64,000 bases of DNA from positions 1-64,000 of the forward strand of contig NIVC01001148.1 of assembly GCA_002269645.1 (NCBI GenBank), written 5' to 3'. Below, one piece after another: positions 33,538-45,531 of this stretch. Below the pieces are notes generated by a model, which was given only the letters and a program-made list of their open reading frames with translations, made no database searches and had not been told where the DNA came from. Position numbers and translations under genes: made by a program. Source of the DNA: Macrostomum lignano (taxonomy: Eukaryota). Each line of letters opens with the position of its first letter. Position 1 is the first letter of the stretch.

Positions 33538-36500
33538 GCAACCAGTCGTAGAGGTGTCCTGCTCAGCCACTGGTGCCAACATGCTGGTAAACTGTCGCAT
33601 CCTGCCAATGTGTGTCCCTGCCAGCTGTCTAGTTGACACTGGGTGTTCCCAGTCTTTGATGTCAAGTTCCCTGTTTCGCAAGCTGAATGAGAGGCTCCTG
33701 CCTTTGACGACTCCGGTGCAGTTGAAGCTGGCAGACGGTAACTATTTGGCTGCCTGTGGTTGGCAGGAAGTGCAGCTAAGTTTCGGTGTGGCAACGGTTC
33801 GACAAAGAGTTTTAGTTGTCGACAATCTGGCCAAGGATTTTTTTGCTGGGTGCAGATTTCCTGGCAAACTGTGGCTGCGTCATCGACTGCAATCGCCAAA
33901 CGCTCACTGTGTGCGGTCAGCAAGTAAAAATGGAGTCATCGGCAGCCAGCACCTGTGTATTCGCCGTTGAGGTAGCAGACAGGACAACCGTGCCCGCTGG
34001 TCACGAAATCGTCTTCCCAGCGAGATTGGCAAGTGAGTCAGATGCAGCTGTTGATGGTGAGTGCGGCATTTTTGAGCCTGACAATTCGAAGGACATCTCC
34101 ACGGTCATGTGTGGAGCGCGCAGCCTCGGTGTTGCGAGGAGGACTCATCGCTGTTCACTATGTCAATACGGACACCAAGCCGCATACATTTTACCCCGGA
34201 ACAAGACTGGGGACTTTTGAGCCGATGTCAGATGGTGCCGATGCAGAGTTGTCAATGCAAGTTGAGACAGTGAAAGGTCAAATCGCCGAGTATGTACCAA
34301 ATGTGCACATTGATGAGAAAAATCTTACAGCCAATCAAGTTCAGTGTGTCAAAGATCTTCTGCATCAGTACCAGGATGTGTTCTCGAAAAGTCCAAACGA
34401 CCTGGGCTGCACTTCACTCCTTGACCACAAAATTGACACCGGGTCGGCGAAACCTATCAGAGTGCCTCCTCGCTCCTCGTAGATTGTCGCCGCCGAACCA
34501 GCGAGCTGTGTCAGAGATGGTCGAGCAGATGGTGAGAGACGACATCGTAGAGCCTTCTATTCTCCGTGGTCGAGCCCGGTCATTCTGGTGAAGAAGAAGG
34601 ACGGCAGTTTGCGCTGTGAACGACTTCAGACTGCTCAACTCCGTGACCGTCAAAGACAGTCATCCACTGCCTCACACCAGCGATCTGATCGATGCTCTCG
34701 CAGGATCCACAATGTTCTCAACGCTCGACTTCACTAGCGGGTACACCCAGGTGATGCTGGACTCAGAGAGTCGCGCAAAAACAGCATTTCCTGCGCCACA
34801 AGGATTATTCCAGTACAAGAGACTACCGCAAGGTGTGTGCAATGGTCCTGCCACGTTTTCAAGGCTGATGGAACTCGTTCTGAAGGGCCTCCGATGGGAA
34901 GTGTGCCTGTCATTTCTTGACGACGTTGTCATCTTTTCGAAAGGATTCGAGGAGCATCTGCGGCGTCTTGAGCTTGTGTTGCAGAAATTAAGAACCGCTA
35001 ACCTGAAGTTGAAGCCGACCAAGTGCCACTTGTGCTATCAGGAGATCTCATTTCTTGGCTTTCGAATCTCAAAAGATGGCGTGACCACTGACCCGGACAA
35101 GGTGAAAGCAGTGCAGGAGTGGCCAACGCCCGAAGATCGTTCAGAAGTGCGACAATTCCTGGGGTTATGTGGCTACTATCGTCATTTCGTTAAAAACTAC
35201 AGTGAGATTGCTGAACCGCTGTACAAGCTAACGCAAAAGGACGTGACCTTCAGCTGGACTCTCGAATGCTCAGCAGCATTTAATCGCCTAAAGCAGTGCC
35301 TTACTTCCAGCCCAGTCCTCATCATGCCGACATTCGCAGAAGACGCTGAGTTCGTGCTAGATACCGATGCCTCTGGCGTGGCCATCTCCGGAGTTCTTCA
35401 AGAGCGCCGTGGTGGCAGGACGCAGGTGGTGGCGTACGGCAGTCGCATTCTGTCCAAAGCAGAGAGAAATTACTGCACAACGAGGCGTGAGCTGCTGGCA
35501 ATTGTGCACTTCGTCGGTCACTATCGCAGCTACTTGTTAGGAAAAAGATTCACACTACGTACTGATCACGCCTCGCTGATCCATCTTCTGCGCTTTCGAG
35601 ATCCCGATGGTCAGCTGGCACGGTGGCTGGATAAGCTAAGCGAATTCGACTACCAGACTGAGTATCGCAAGGGCGAGAAACATGGAAATGCAGACGCACT
35701 TAGTCGGCGACCGTGTCGAAAAGGACCTTGCCTGTGCAGTGGCTCTGCGCTCGCTGTCGAGTTCAATGACGACAGCGCGATTCGACGAGCACAGGCAGAG
35801 GATCGGTGCATGCAGAAGCTGGCGAACTGCTTGCGAGATGGGCAACCACCGGATAAGGCAGAGACGGACGGCTGGAGCAATCGGCAGCGGCAACTGCTGT
35901 CCGAGTTTAAGCGGCTGACACTGGTGAACGGACTGCTGTGCCGCCGATGGGAATCCGAAGATGGCAGCGCCTTTTGTCAGCAGCTGCTGGTGCCAGAGAG
36001 TCTACAGCGCGATGTTTTTGTCGAAGCTCATGCTGGAACGAGCGGCAGCCACTGCGGACCGCAGAAGACCATTGAAAAGATCAGGGCGCGACTCTACTGG
36101 CCTGGAATGACAGCAGATGTGACTGACTGGTGTGCTGCGTGCCTCGAATGCGCGACACTGAAAGATTCTGGCCAGCACAGGCGGGCACCTCTACAGAGCA
36201 TGGCGGTCGGCAGCGTTGGCCAGCGACTGGAAATGGACTTCATGGTGGGCCTGCCGAGGACCGATCGTGGAAATTCAGTCATCCTGGTAGTCATCGACAC
36301 CTTCAGCAAGTGGACTGAGGCCTTTCCACTGCCGTCTCAAGACGCTGAGACCACAGCCCGGACGTTTGTCAACGAGTGGGTGGCTCGCTTTGGAGTCCCA
36401 GGGTCGGAACTGGGAGTCACAGCTGTTTCAAGAGACGATGCGGCTGCTGAAAATCGACAAGACTCGGACGGCAGGCTACCACCCTGAAGGAGACGGCGGT

Positions 36501-37373
36501 TGCGAACGGATGAACCGGACACTGGTGCAGCTGCTGCGAGCATGGGTGAACGAGAATCAGCGAGACTGGGATCTTCATCTGCAGATTGCACTGATTGGCT
36601 ACGGCACTTCAGTCCACAAGTCGACTGGTCAGACACCTTCGGCGATGCATTTCGGCCGGGAACTGCGACTACCACTGGACTTGGCATACGGAGGTCTGGC
36701 GCCGGATAGGCAACGTCCTTGTGAATGGGTGGCCGAGCTGCGGAGCCGGCTGCAGACATCGCACGATTGGGCGCGACAAAACTTGGAGGCAGCGCAACTG
36801 CACCAGAAGGCAGCGTACGACAGGAGGTGCCACGGCGAGGCATTCAGCGAGAACGATCTGGTCTGGCTGCACAATCCGGCGCTGAAGCGAGGCGAGAGCC
36901 GAAAATTTCATCGATGGTGGACTGGGCCATGGCGCGTTAAAAAGCAGATCTCAGACGTCACCTACCGCATTCAGCACGAGGCCAATGCACGACGGCGAAG
37001 GGTGGTGCATTTCAATCGCCTGAAGCCATGCAACACGGCCAGTCCAGCTGCAGCACCTCAATTGCAACCAGCGGCGCAACTGCACAATCCTGACGAGGAC
37101 GACCTGAGATTTGACGGCGTCCCAGCCGGCGCCCCAGCCGGCGCCCCAGCCGGCGCCCCAGTCGGCGCCCGCGGCGCCCCAGCCGGCGACCCAGCCGGCG
37201 ACCCAGCCGGCGCCCCAGCCGGCGCCCCAGCCGGCGCTCCGGTCGGCGCCCCAATCGGCGCCCCGGTCGGCGCCCCTGCTGATGTTCCAGAGCATCCAGA
37301 ACAGCCTGTATTGCGCCGAAGTGAGAGGGCCCGTGCCCCGCCAGAATTTTTTGGTGAAGTGTATACTCATTGA
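33486..37373 (+). pseudogene. Gypsy pol (protease, RT, RNase H, integrase) with several small indels
   Basis: LVDTG; TLDFTSGYTQV..LPQGVCNGPATF..FLDDV; VLDTDAS..RRELLAIV..TDHASL; H..H..C..C zinc finger; LEMDF..IDTFSKW; WTGPW (GPY/F-like); no chromodomain seen. Confidence 0.93.
37122..37280 (+). repeat. 12-bp GC-rich coding minisatellite (GCCGGCGCCCCA)n = (AGAP)n in the integrase tail
   Basis: About 12 units translated as PAGAPAGAPAGAPVGA... Confidence 0.9.
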
Positions 37374-37502
37374 ATGCAGATTTTCTTAGATAGTTTTTTT
37401 AAACATTGACATTGCTTAAGTCCATTTTAATTTCCACTTTTATTTCCCTCAAATATTTATTCGTTCAAATATTCGATCAGAATTCGTCAAACTCATACTC
37501 GT

Positions 37503-40077
37503 AACTTTTTTTAACACAACGAAAAATGCAGAAAGTGAGTGGAACACTTTTTTTTGAAAGAAGGAGAGCATTGTAAGATGGTTTGCTTAGTTGATTGCGT
37601 GTGCACACGTTCACTAGCTCTTATGTACATTTGCTCGCTGTACAATGATAAAATATAAGTGAATGCCTTGGCGCCCTGGGCAGCCAAGAGTCGGTCTACG
37701 CCTTAAGCCAATTTCTCGTTTTCGCTTGTTCTTACAATAATATACATGCCTAACTGTTTATGCTAGCAGATTGTGGTCAATTAAGGCTGTCACAAGATTG
37801 ATTATCTTTCAAAACCATTTGTTGAATTATTTTCTTTTATTGTTAGTGATTTTTATATTTTTAAGTATTCCAAAAGAGCTAAGCTAAAAAGGGTCCTATT
37901 TATATAAAAGCCAAAAAGGTTAAATCAATCAATAAAATAAATGATGTTATGATTTAGAATGAAGCAACTTTGTTTTTATTAAGCAACAGAGCAATGGTAA
38001 GGGATTGGTAGTCATGGCTTTTTTCATGGCTTATGCCAATAATTTATAAGTTAATTAATTTAGTTATTCATTCACAAAATAGACACAACTATACTGCTAA
38101 AATAAAATTGAGTTGCACTTAATGCACTGCTAGTTGAAGTATTTTTGGCCCATAGTAAGTAAGTTAAATAGTCCTAGGCCTAAAAAAATATACTAGTTTA
38201 TATAACAAGTTCTTGTGCCTTAATGCAATAGTATACATTTTTCTATTCAATTTAAAAAAACATATATTTTGTAAATATTTAATATATACTTATATTTGAT
38301 ATTCAATAAAATTTCTATAAATATAAATAAGCTGATATTCAATGTTATCATTCTATATTTAGCTATGTAACTGTCATTTCAATTTGACAAAGACATTTAA
38401 TTTCAGCAAGCAGCATTCAATTTTGGCAATTGGATATTTATTTCATACCATAGATAATAAGGACATTCAACAAAACTTGCTCCTGCATATAGATTTCCAA
38501 TTCAGTTTTGGCATATTGCATTCTGTGGACTTTAGGAATGCATTCCACTAAGGCAAGATATGAAAATTATTATAATTCATTATATTATAAGTAATTCACA
38601 AAGATGATAAAAAAACCCCACTATGGGCCATACAAGCAAGTGTCTAATAAATACAGAGGCTATCTTCTTGATGCACACAAGAAAAATATTATGTCTCTCT
38701 AGTGCAACTCATTAAATATCAAGACAGCCACTGTCTATTTTATCTTGCAATTAGGGTAATAGGAAAAGCAAGCCATAGAATAAAAAATATTTTTTTAACT
38801 TTTTTTAACACAACGAAAAATGCAGAAAGTGAGTGGAACACTTTTTTGAAAGAAGGAGAGCATTGTAAGATGGTTTGCTTAGTTGATTGCGTGTGCACAC
38901 GTTCACTAGCTCTTATGTACATTTGCTCGCTGTACAATGATAATATATAAGTGAATGCCTTGGCGCCCTGGGCAGCCAAGAGTCGGTCTACGCCTTAAGC
39001 CAATTTCTCGTTTTCGCTTGTTCTTACAATAATATACATGCCTAACTGTTTATGCTAGCAGATTGTGGTCAATTAAGGCTGTCACAAGATTGATTATCTT
39101 TCAAAACCATTTGTTGAATTATTTTCTTTTATTGTTAGTGATTTTTATATTTTTAAGTATTCCAAAAGAACTAAGCTAAAAAGGGTCCTATTTATATAAA
39201 AGCCAAAAAGGTTAAATCAATCAATAAAATAAATGATGTTATGATTTAGAATGAAGCAACTTTGTTTTTATTAAGCAACAGAGCAATGGTAAGGGATTGG
39301 TAGTCATGGCTTTTTTCATGGCTTATGCCAATAATTTATAAGTTAATTAATTTAGTTATTCATTCACAAAATAGACACAACTATACTGCTAAAATAAAAT
39401 TGAGTTGCACTTAATGCACTGCTAGTTGAAGTATTTTTGGCCCATAGTAAGTAAGTTAAATAGTCCTAGGCCTAAAAAAATATACTAGTTTATATAACAA
39501 GTTCTTGTGCCTTAATGCAATAGTATACATTTTTCTATTCAATTTAAAAAAACATATATTTTGTAAATATTTAATATATACTTATATTTGATATTCAATA
39601 AAATTTCTATAAATATAAATAAGCTGATATTCAATGTTATCATTCTATATTTAGCTATGTAACTGTCATTTCAATTTGACAAAGACATTTAATTTCAGCA
39701 AGCAGCATTCAATTTTGGCAATTGGATATTTATTTCATACCATAGATAATAAGGACATTCAACAAAACTTGCTCCTGCATATAGATTTCCAATTCAGTTT
39801 TGGCATATTGCATTCTGTGGACTTTAGGAATGCATTCCACTAAGGCAAGATATGAAAATTATTATAATTCATTATATTATAAGTAATTCACAAAGATGAT
39901 AAAAAACCCCCACTATGGGCCATACAAGCAAGTGTCTAATAAATACAGAGGCTATCTTCTTGATGCACACAAGAAAAATATTATGTCTCTCTAGTGCAAC
40001 TCATTAAATATCAAGACAGCCACTGTCTATTTTATCTTGCAATTAGGGTAATAGGAAAAGCAAGCCATAGAATAAAA
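37503..40077 (+). repeat. Head-to-tail tandem duplication, unit about 1292 bp (PPT + 3' LTR + about 1.05 kb host flank); creates a third LTR at 38864-39028
   Basis: 37503-38790 and about 38795-40077 are near-identical; LTR starts 37572 and 38864 are 1292 bp apart. Confidence 0.93.
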
Positions 40078-40586
40078 TATATAAAGTTTGATGTGCAAAT
40101 AATTTTACAATACACTAAACATTATTCCAAAAAAATAATTGAAATTAAAATTGAATGCAGATCAAAGTTAGTTGTAGTTTATCCTGCTCAATGGTAGATA
40201 GGTATTTGTAAATAGTAGGCCCTAGTATTATATTTGTTATAGTACATAATTACAGCATATATTATTGTATGAATGATATTAATAAATACCATTTATCAAG
40301 ATATACAAGTAATTGATATTGTCAATAGCATAGCCATAGGGGGCTTGGGAAGTCTTAAACCTCCTCCTGAAATCATGCTGAAAATGTTTACTAAGTATTT
40401 AATCTTTGGCTTGAATTTTAAGCCAAAGTAATGGAGATTTCAAATTTTACCTTTTTTCTGAAGCATTACATTACTTTATCTAGATCTGCATGATAATAAG
40501 AATCCAAACCATACCAAGTCACTCTTTTGCCCATAAACAAAGCAAACATTGACTTTCATTTTTTCCATTCATGCAGCTTTTTAGTC

Positions 40587-41498
40587 ATGTCGCTTGCATT
40601 TTCACCACCCTCTGCACGGAAGGCTGCGCCGCCCAACACAGCTACAATTCAGCGACTGTTAGATGAAAATGCCCAACTAATTAATGCCATGCTGGAGTAT
40701 GAGCAGCGTGGTCGGACTCACGAGATGGCTACTCTACAGCAGACACTTCACAGAAACCTTGTATACCTAGCTACCATTGCTGATTCACACAGTAATAGTG
40801 CATCTCAACAAACAGCTCAAACACCTATGCAGCCACCAATGCAAGGCCCTGGCGCTGTGTTACGTGCTCCAGGGCCAACACCTCAGCCAATGATCATGCA
40901 GCCACAGCAACAATCACAGCCGGCTATGATGATTCAGCAGCAACCACAGGCAGCCATAATGCAGCAACAGCCGCAGCAAGCTGTCGCTATGCAGCAGGCT
41001 ATGGTGCAACAACCACAAGCTATGATGCAGAGACCACAGCAGCCTATGTTGCAACAGCAGCCACCGCCGCCTCGTGCTGCCCAAAATTCTGTTGGTCATG
41101 TCACTGGATCATCAACTGCTGCAGCAGCTGCTGCTGCCGCGGCCGCTGCTGCAGCTGCTAGACAACAGCAGCAGCCTGCAAATTCTGCGTATTTTCAACA
41201 GCAACCAGCGCAAATTATGAGGCCCCCATATGCACCGACTGTTTTCACACCGCAGCAGCAGCCGCCACAGTCATCTATCGCTTATCAAATGCTGCCACCG
41301 AATGCTTCGTCGTCGCAGGTGCAGCCACAACTGCAGCCACCGGTTCCTCCATCGCAGCAACAGCCAACCGCCGCAGCGCCTGTGACCTCGGCTTCTGAGG
41401 CAAGTGCGCAGTCAGCAGCACCGTCGGATGCGTCAGTGACTCCAATTTCCCAGCAGCAAGGGTCCCAGCACGCGAATAAATCAGCTGCCTCGCATTGA
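40587..41498 (+). CDS. SS18: SS18/SSXT (SNH)-domain BAF subunit with Q/P/A-rich low-complexity tail, single coding exon, 303 aa
   Basis: MSLAF..NTATIQRLLDENAQLINAMLEY..LQQTLHRNLVYLATIADS matches the SS18 family N-terminus; the ATG at 40587 is preceded by TTTTAG. Confidence 0.9.
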   Translation: MSLAFSPPSARKAAPPNTATIQRLLDENAQLINAMLEYEQRGRTHEMATLQQTLHRNLVYLATIADSHSNSASQQTAQTPMQPPMQGPGAVLRAPGPTPQPMIMQPQQQSQPAMMIQQQPQAAIMQQQPQQAVAMQQAMVQQPQAMMQRPQQPMLQQQPPPPRAAQNSVGHVTGSSTAAAAAAAAAAAAAARQQQQPANSAYFQQQPAQIMRPPYAPTVFTPQQQPPQSSIAYQMLPPNASSSQVQPQLQPPVPPSQQQPTAAAPVTSASEASAQSAAPSDASVTPISQQQGSQHANKSAASH

Positions 41499-42509
41499 AG
41501 TGCGCCTGGGAAGGTTTTTCCGGCTCTTGACAAAAGCAAAAAGCCAAATATTGTTGCAAGTCGGAACCATTTTTGAAACTGAGTCTGTTTCATTCAAGTT
41601 TAGCCCAAGGGGGAAGCCAGCTGGAAACTATAGTGGCGTCGGCAAAAAGAGGATGTAAACGTAAGAGTCAAAATAGAGCCCGAAACATTTGGTTCCTATT
41701 TATCTGCGCCAATCTTCATTTGGAGCCAAATAGCTCCCGTTGTGCCTAAAATAGCATTTTAAGTGTTTTTTCGTCAAGAAGGTAGATTAATCTCAATAAG
41801 GTAATAAGCATATACATCGATGTACAACGAGTTCATAGGTAGAATAAAGCACGCGTTCACAAACATATTGAGAGATAACATAATGGGGACATAACATTGC
41901 TATCGCTTCTATCCTTCATACAAACATAATTAGAGCGTTTATTATGGCCATCTCGTCTTTTAAACATTTGAAGCTCCAAATGAAGGGATTGGAGTAGAGA
42001 AATCTGGATCCAATGCTTCAGGCTCCATTTTTACTCATAAGTTTACGTTTTCTTTTTAATTCCCTTTATTTTCCATTGTAGATGCAAATGTTTTGCATCT
42101 CTTCAGACATCTATAAACTAACAATTTAGCTAATTTTTCGCAATGTATATCAGATGGAGGCATCCTTGTTTACCGTCAAGTTCAGTAAAAATATATATGT
42201 TTTAATAATTTGTCCACACGTAGCTTTATTAATTCTAGTTTTTTTCAGTATGTTTTTCCAAAGAATTATCCCTCAATCCCTCAACTACTGCTAACTTGTA
42301 CGAGTACGAGTGACATTACGAGTGTCCATAGTGTCATTCAATATATTTTTACGCTTCTTAGTCCCAATTTATTTTTTGTGTCTATTCATTGACCCCGGTT
42401 AAATTGTTTTATTTTTACCCCATAAACCCGTATTTACTTAAAATCTTTTTCCTAACTAAAAGCACTTTTGTCTATCCTTGTGTAAAATAGTCGTATCAAC
42501 TGTAACATA

Positions 42510-43175
42510 CCGGGTCGTGCAAAAAATGTAATGTGAAGCAGTTCTATCATGGAATGCAAGTATCTTTTTATACATTCAGCTTATAACTTTCTAAAACAAC
42601 GCTAATATAACCTAATGTCTAACGAATGTGTTCAATCAATCAATCAATCAGTTCAGGAGTGCTCTCGCTCGCTCAAAGTCGTGTATCCCGCTGAGTTTGA
42701 GATAGAAGTGAAGTGGCTGCTCACATCGTCCCAGAGAAACTCCACCAGCTCTTTTTACTGCTCATGATATTGTTGACCGAATGACGCTGTTCTGCTTGGC
42801 CACGCTGCTTTTGGAGGCAGTCGGATTGTCGTCAAATTGCTCCTTGACAGCATTCAGTTCAAGTTTTGCTCGCTGACCAGATCCTACACGCCTCTAAGCT
42901 TTCTCCATCAGAAATCAGCTTTTTCACTCTCCAGACAGTCACAGTTAAACATCCAACAAGCTTGGAGATTTCTTCATTATTCTTTCCTGCGCAAACTAAG
43001 AGTTCAATCTGTTATCTTTTCTCAGACATTTCACACAGCTGGAAGTGAATCGAGTCAAGAGTGGTATCAGTTGAGAGCTTATATAACATTCTTTCAGGCG
43101 ACGTCAGATTCAAATAGATCTGAGAAACACCCTTCATAATAACAAACATTTTCAAACATTACATTTTTGCACGAC
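42510..43175 (-). mobile_element. Internally deleted Tc1/mariner-superfamily element retaining the N-terminal HTH of its transposase
   Basis: TIR (TA)CCGGGTCGTGCAAAAAATGTAATGT / ACATTACATTTTTGCACGAC; minus-strand translation from 43029: MSEKR*QIELLVCAGKNNEEISKLVGCLTVTVWRVKKLISDG..GSGQRAKL. Confidence 0.7.
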
Positions 43176-43861
43176 AATACCTTAATACCTTTTTACGGCA
43201 AAACCTTTTTTGCACTGAAATGAAATAAACAAGTAATCAATCCACATTATGCATATTAACTAGCTATTTCATATCGTGTCTGCTGCTGCTAACAGTTAAT
43301 CATAATTTTTCAGATGTATAATATTGTAGTCTTCATCCTTTTTTCTGTTGTATACACCTTAACTAATCGAACTTGCAACTATTGTACTGGTATCTACCAG
43401 GCATTTTATTAATGTTTTTCATTGGTGTAAGTTTTCGATTCGCCTATTGTCTTACATGTATTAGTAGGGCAGCTGCTGTACATATCGTCGGAATTAAGTA
43501 GAATTGGGCACTTGCAGTTAATGCTAACTCAATTCAATAATGTTTTTATTTATATTTATAACATTGTCATAATTTATGCTAACACAGTGCTAATGAAAAT
43601 ATCTAATATAATTCAATCTTGCTGCTTGCTCTCAGCTGCATCACTTTCACCTGTTGCATGTTGCGAAGTGGAATAAAAATGATTCAAATCGGCTTACGGC
43701 ATTTGCTACTTTCATTTCTGTATTTCATTTTGACTACAATCGCACATTAAGGCTCAACCGGTCTTAACTTAAATCTGTAATACGGTAAGGGCACAATTAA
43801 ATATTTCTTGTCTTCCTTAACTACATGTAACTAACGCTTTGACTTGGGGAGAGGTACTGAA

Positions 43862-44030
43862 ATGTCAAGGCTTTAGGGTTTGGTTTAGGGTTACGGTTAC
43901 AGTTAGGGTTGGGTATTGGTGAGATCTATAGACTGACGGGAGATTTGCTGAGATGTCAAGGCTTACGGGGGAATAGCTGAGAAGTCAAGGCTTACGGGGG
44001 AATAGCTGAGATGTCAAGGCTTACAAAGTG
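43862..44030 (+). repeat. TTAGGG-like tract followed by a 30-bp tandem repeat (GCTGAGATGTCAAGGCTTACGGGGGAATA-like, about 3 units)
   Basis: TTTAGGGTTTGGTTTAGGGTTACGGTTACAGTTAGGGTT and repeated GTCAAGGCTT are seen directly. Confidence 0.7.
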
Positions 44031-45531
44031 AATTGCTGGGGTCTGCTACATGTAGTTTATTCAAAAATTTGTATTCAATTTTTTGTTCGCTCCCCAACGG
44101 GGGCACTGATTGCTAGTCCCGAACTAAATAACATTGCGAATTCATTCTCATTTTTGTGACTACCAGTCTTGTATTTTACATGCTTTTTCGTGGCTTTGTA
44201 CATCAGCCGATGGTACATGTATTATGGTATTAAGGTAGATTTTAATTAAATGCGTTGTGAACTAGCCTTTAGCATTAGCTCAGGGACAAATAAAACTACC
44301 GGGACGCGAAACAAGCCAAATCATGGTGAAAAAAGTTGGGGGCTCGTTTGAAAGCAGTGTTCTATGGCCGTTTCAACTACAACTCTTCAGTCTAGTTTAA
44401 GTTGTCCCTGCCTTTAGCTATAGCTACAGTACATTAAAAATGGTCGCATTTTAAAGTACGTTCAAGCATGCTGAATTTGAAAAGTTAACGTCTCACTTCT
44501 ACTTCAAAGTAGTGTTGAGAATATTGTATATCGCAGGCTTCGGTGGATTTTACCAGGGTCGAACCGCTTTTGCGATGCGATTTTTGAGTCAACCTTGCAG
44601 TGCTGCTGCTCTCCAACTTGCAGTACGCCACTATTGCATTGTTCCACTACTTCTACTGCCGTCGCTGAGAACCATTGTGTTTGGCTCGGCGAGCTTCAGA
44701 AATGACTCCGTGATGGCTCCAAATTTGAGGCACGTGCTGAATTTTTCTTTCTCGTTTTTGGAATGTCAGCCACTCACCGGGCTGGAAAATCTCAAAGGAA
44801 TCCTTCGCCTCGAGTTGAAGTACCCAAGAGACCTGAATTTACAACTGCGCGCAGGAACAAAAGAGTGGATCGGCTAAGCAGAGCTTTTTCCTTCAGACGA
44901 ACTCTAATTATAGCCTTCTCGGGTTTTCACTATTGTGCAGTATAGAATTGGAAATTAAATGTTTGGTACTGAAATGAATGAATTTCCGATCCTTTACAAA
45001 AAGGAATGATTAGTTAAATATATTTCAAATATACATTGTATGCTGCGAAAATTGAACTTGCTCGATAAAGCCTACTTACGGTATAACTCTTATAGGAGAC
45101 TGCAGATACGGGGATCCATGAATCCTAGAGCAATTCGGAGAAATCGATCAATTTTGGTGTTAATTTTAACAAAAAGTAAGGACTTTTGTCATTTCAGAGC
45201 CCACAGAATTAGTTTGTGTTACGCAAACATGTATGTCCATGAGAGGACTGGTTTGATCTACTTGACAGCACCGTGTAAATAAATTTGATTTTATCGGCCT
45301 TAAATTAATAATTGATTGACATCTTTCTTAGAAATAACACTTAAAATAAAGAAAAAGAAGCCGTGAAGTGTACTGGTCCTTACAAATACGACAAAGACAT
45401 AAATTCCTTTTAAGTAGGCTTAAAATGTACTAGACTACTACCATGTATTAAAAATTTTCTAGAATGTAATTAAGGCCTAGGCCAAGTCATTTTTTCCTAC
45501 TTGTTTACAAATTGCTATAGACCCTACTAAG

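Larger units (their letters stand above)
32503..37736 (+). mobile_element. Full-length Ty3/Gypsy LTR retrotransposon (5.2 kb), 165-bp LTRs, 4-bp TSD ATAA
   Basis: LTRs TGTAAGA..TCTTACA at 32503-32667 and 37572-37736 with 2 differences seen; PBS TGGTGGCAGCGG; PPT GAAAGAAGGAGAGCA; order gag-PR-RT-RH-IN. Confidence 0.97.

Noticed and set aside
38864-39028. Third LTR as an independent solo-LTR insertion
   Set aside because: It carries the same PPT upstream and the same 1-kb host flank downstream as the 3' LTR, so it is part of the tandem duplication.
42635-42652. (AATC)n tract as a LINE tail
   Set aside because: It lies inside the TIR-bounded mariner-like remnant and the adjacent ORF is a transposase HTH, not an RT.
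43862-43910. TTAGGG-like tract as a telomere or chromosome fusion site
   Set aside because: Only a few degenerate units, embedded next to a 30-bp tandem repeat; typical of repeat-associated microsatellite.
44512-44877. 121-aa ORF as a protein-coding gene
   Set aside because: No recognisable motif and a GTG start; better explained as promoter or UTR sequence.
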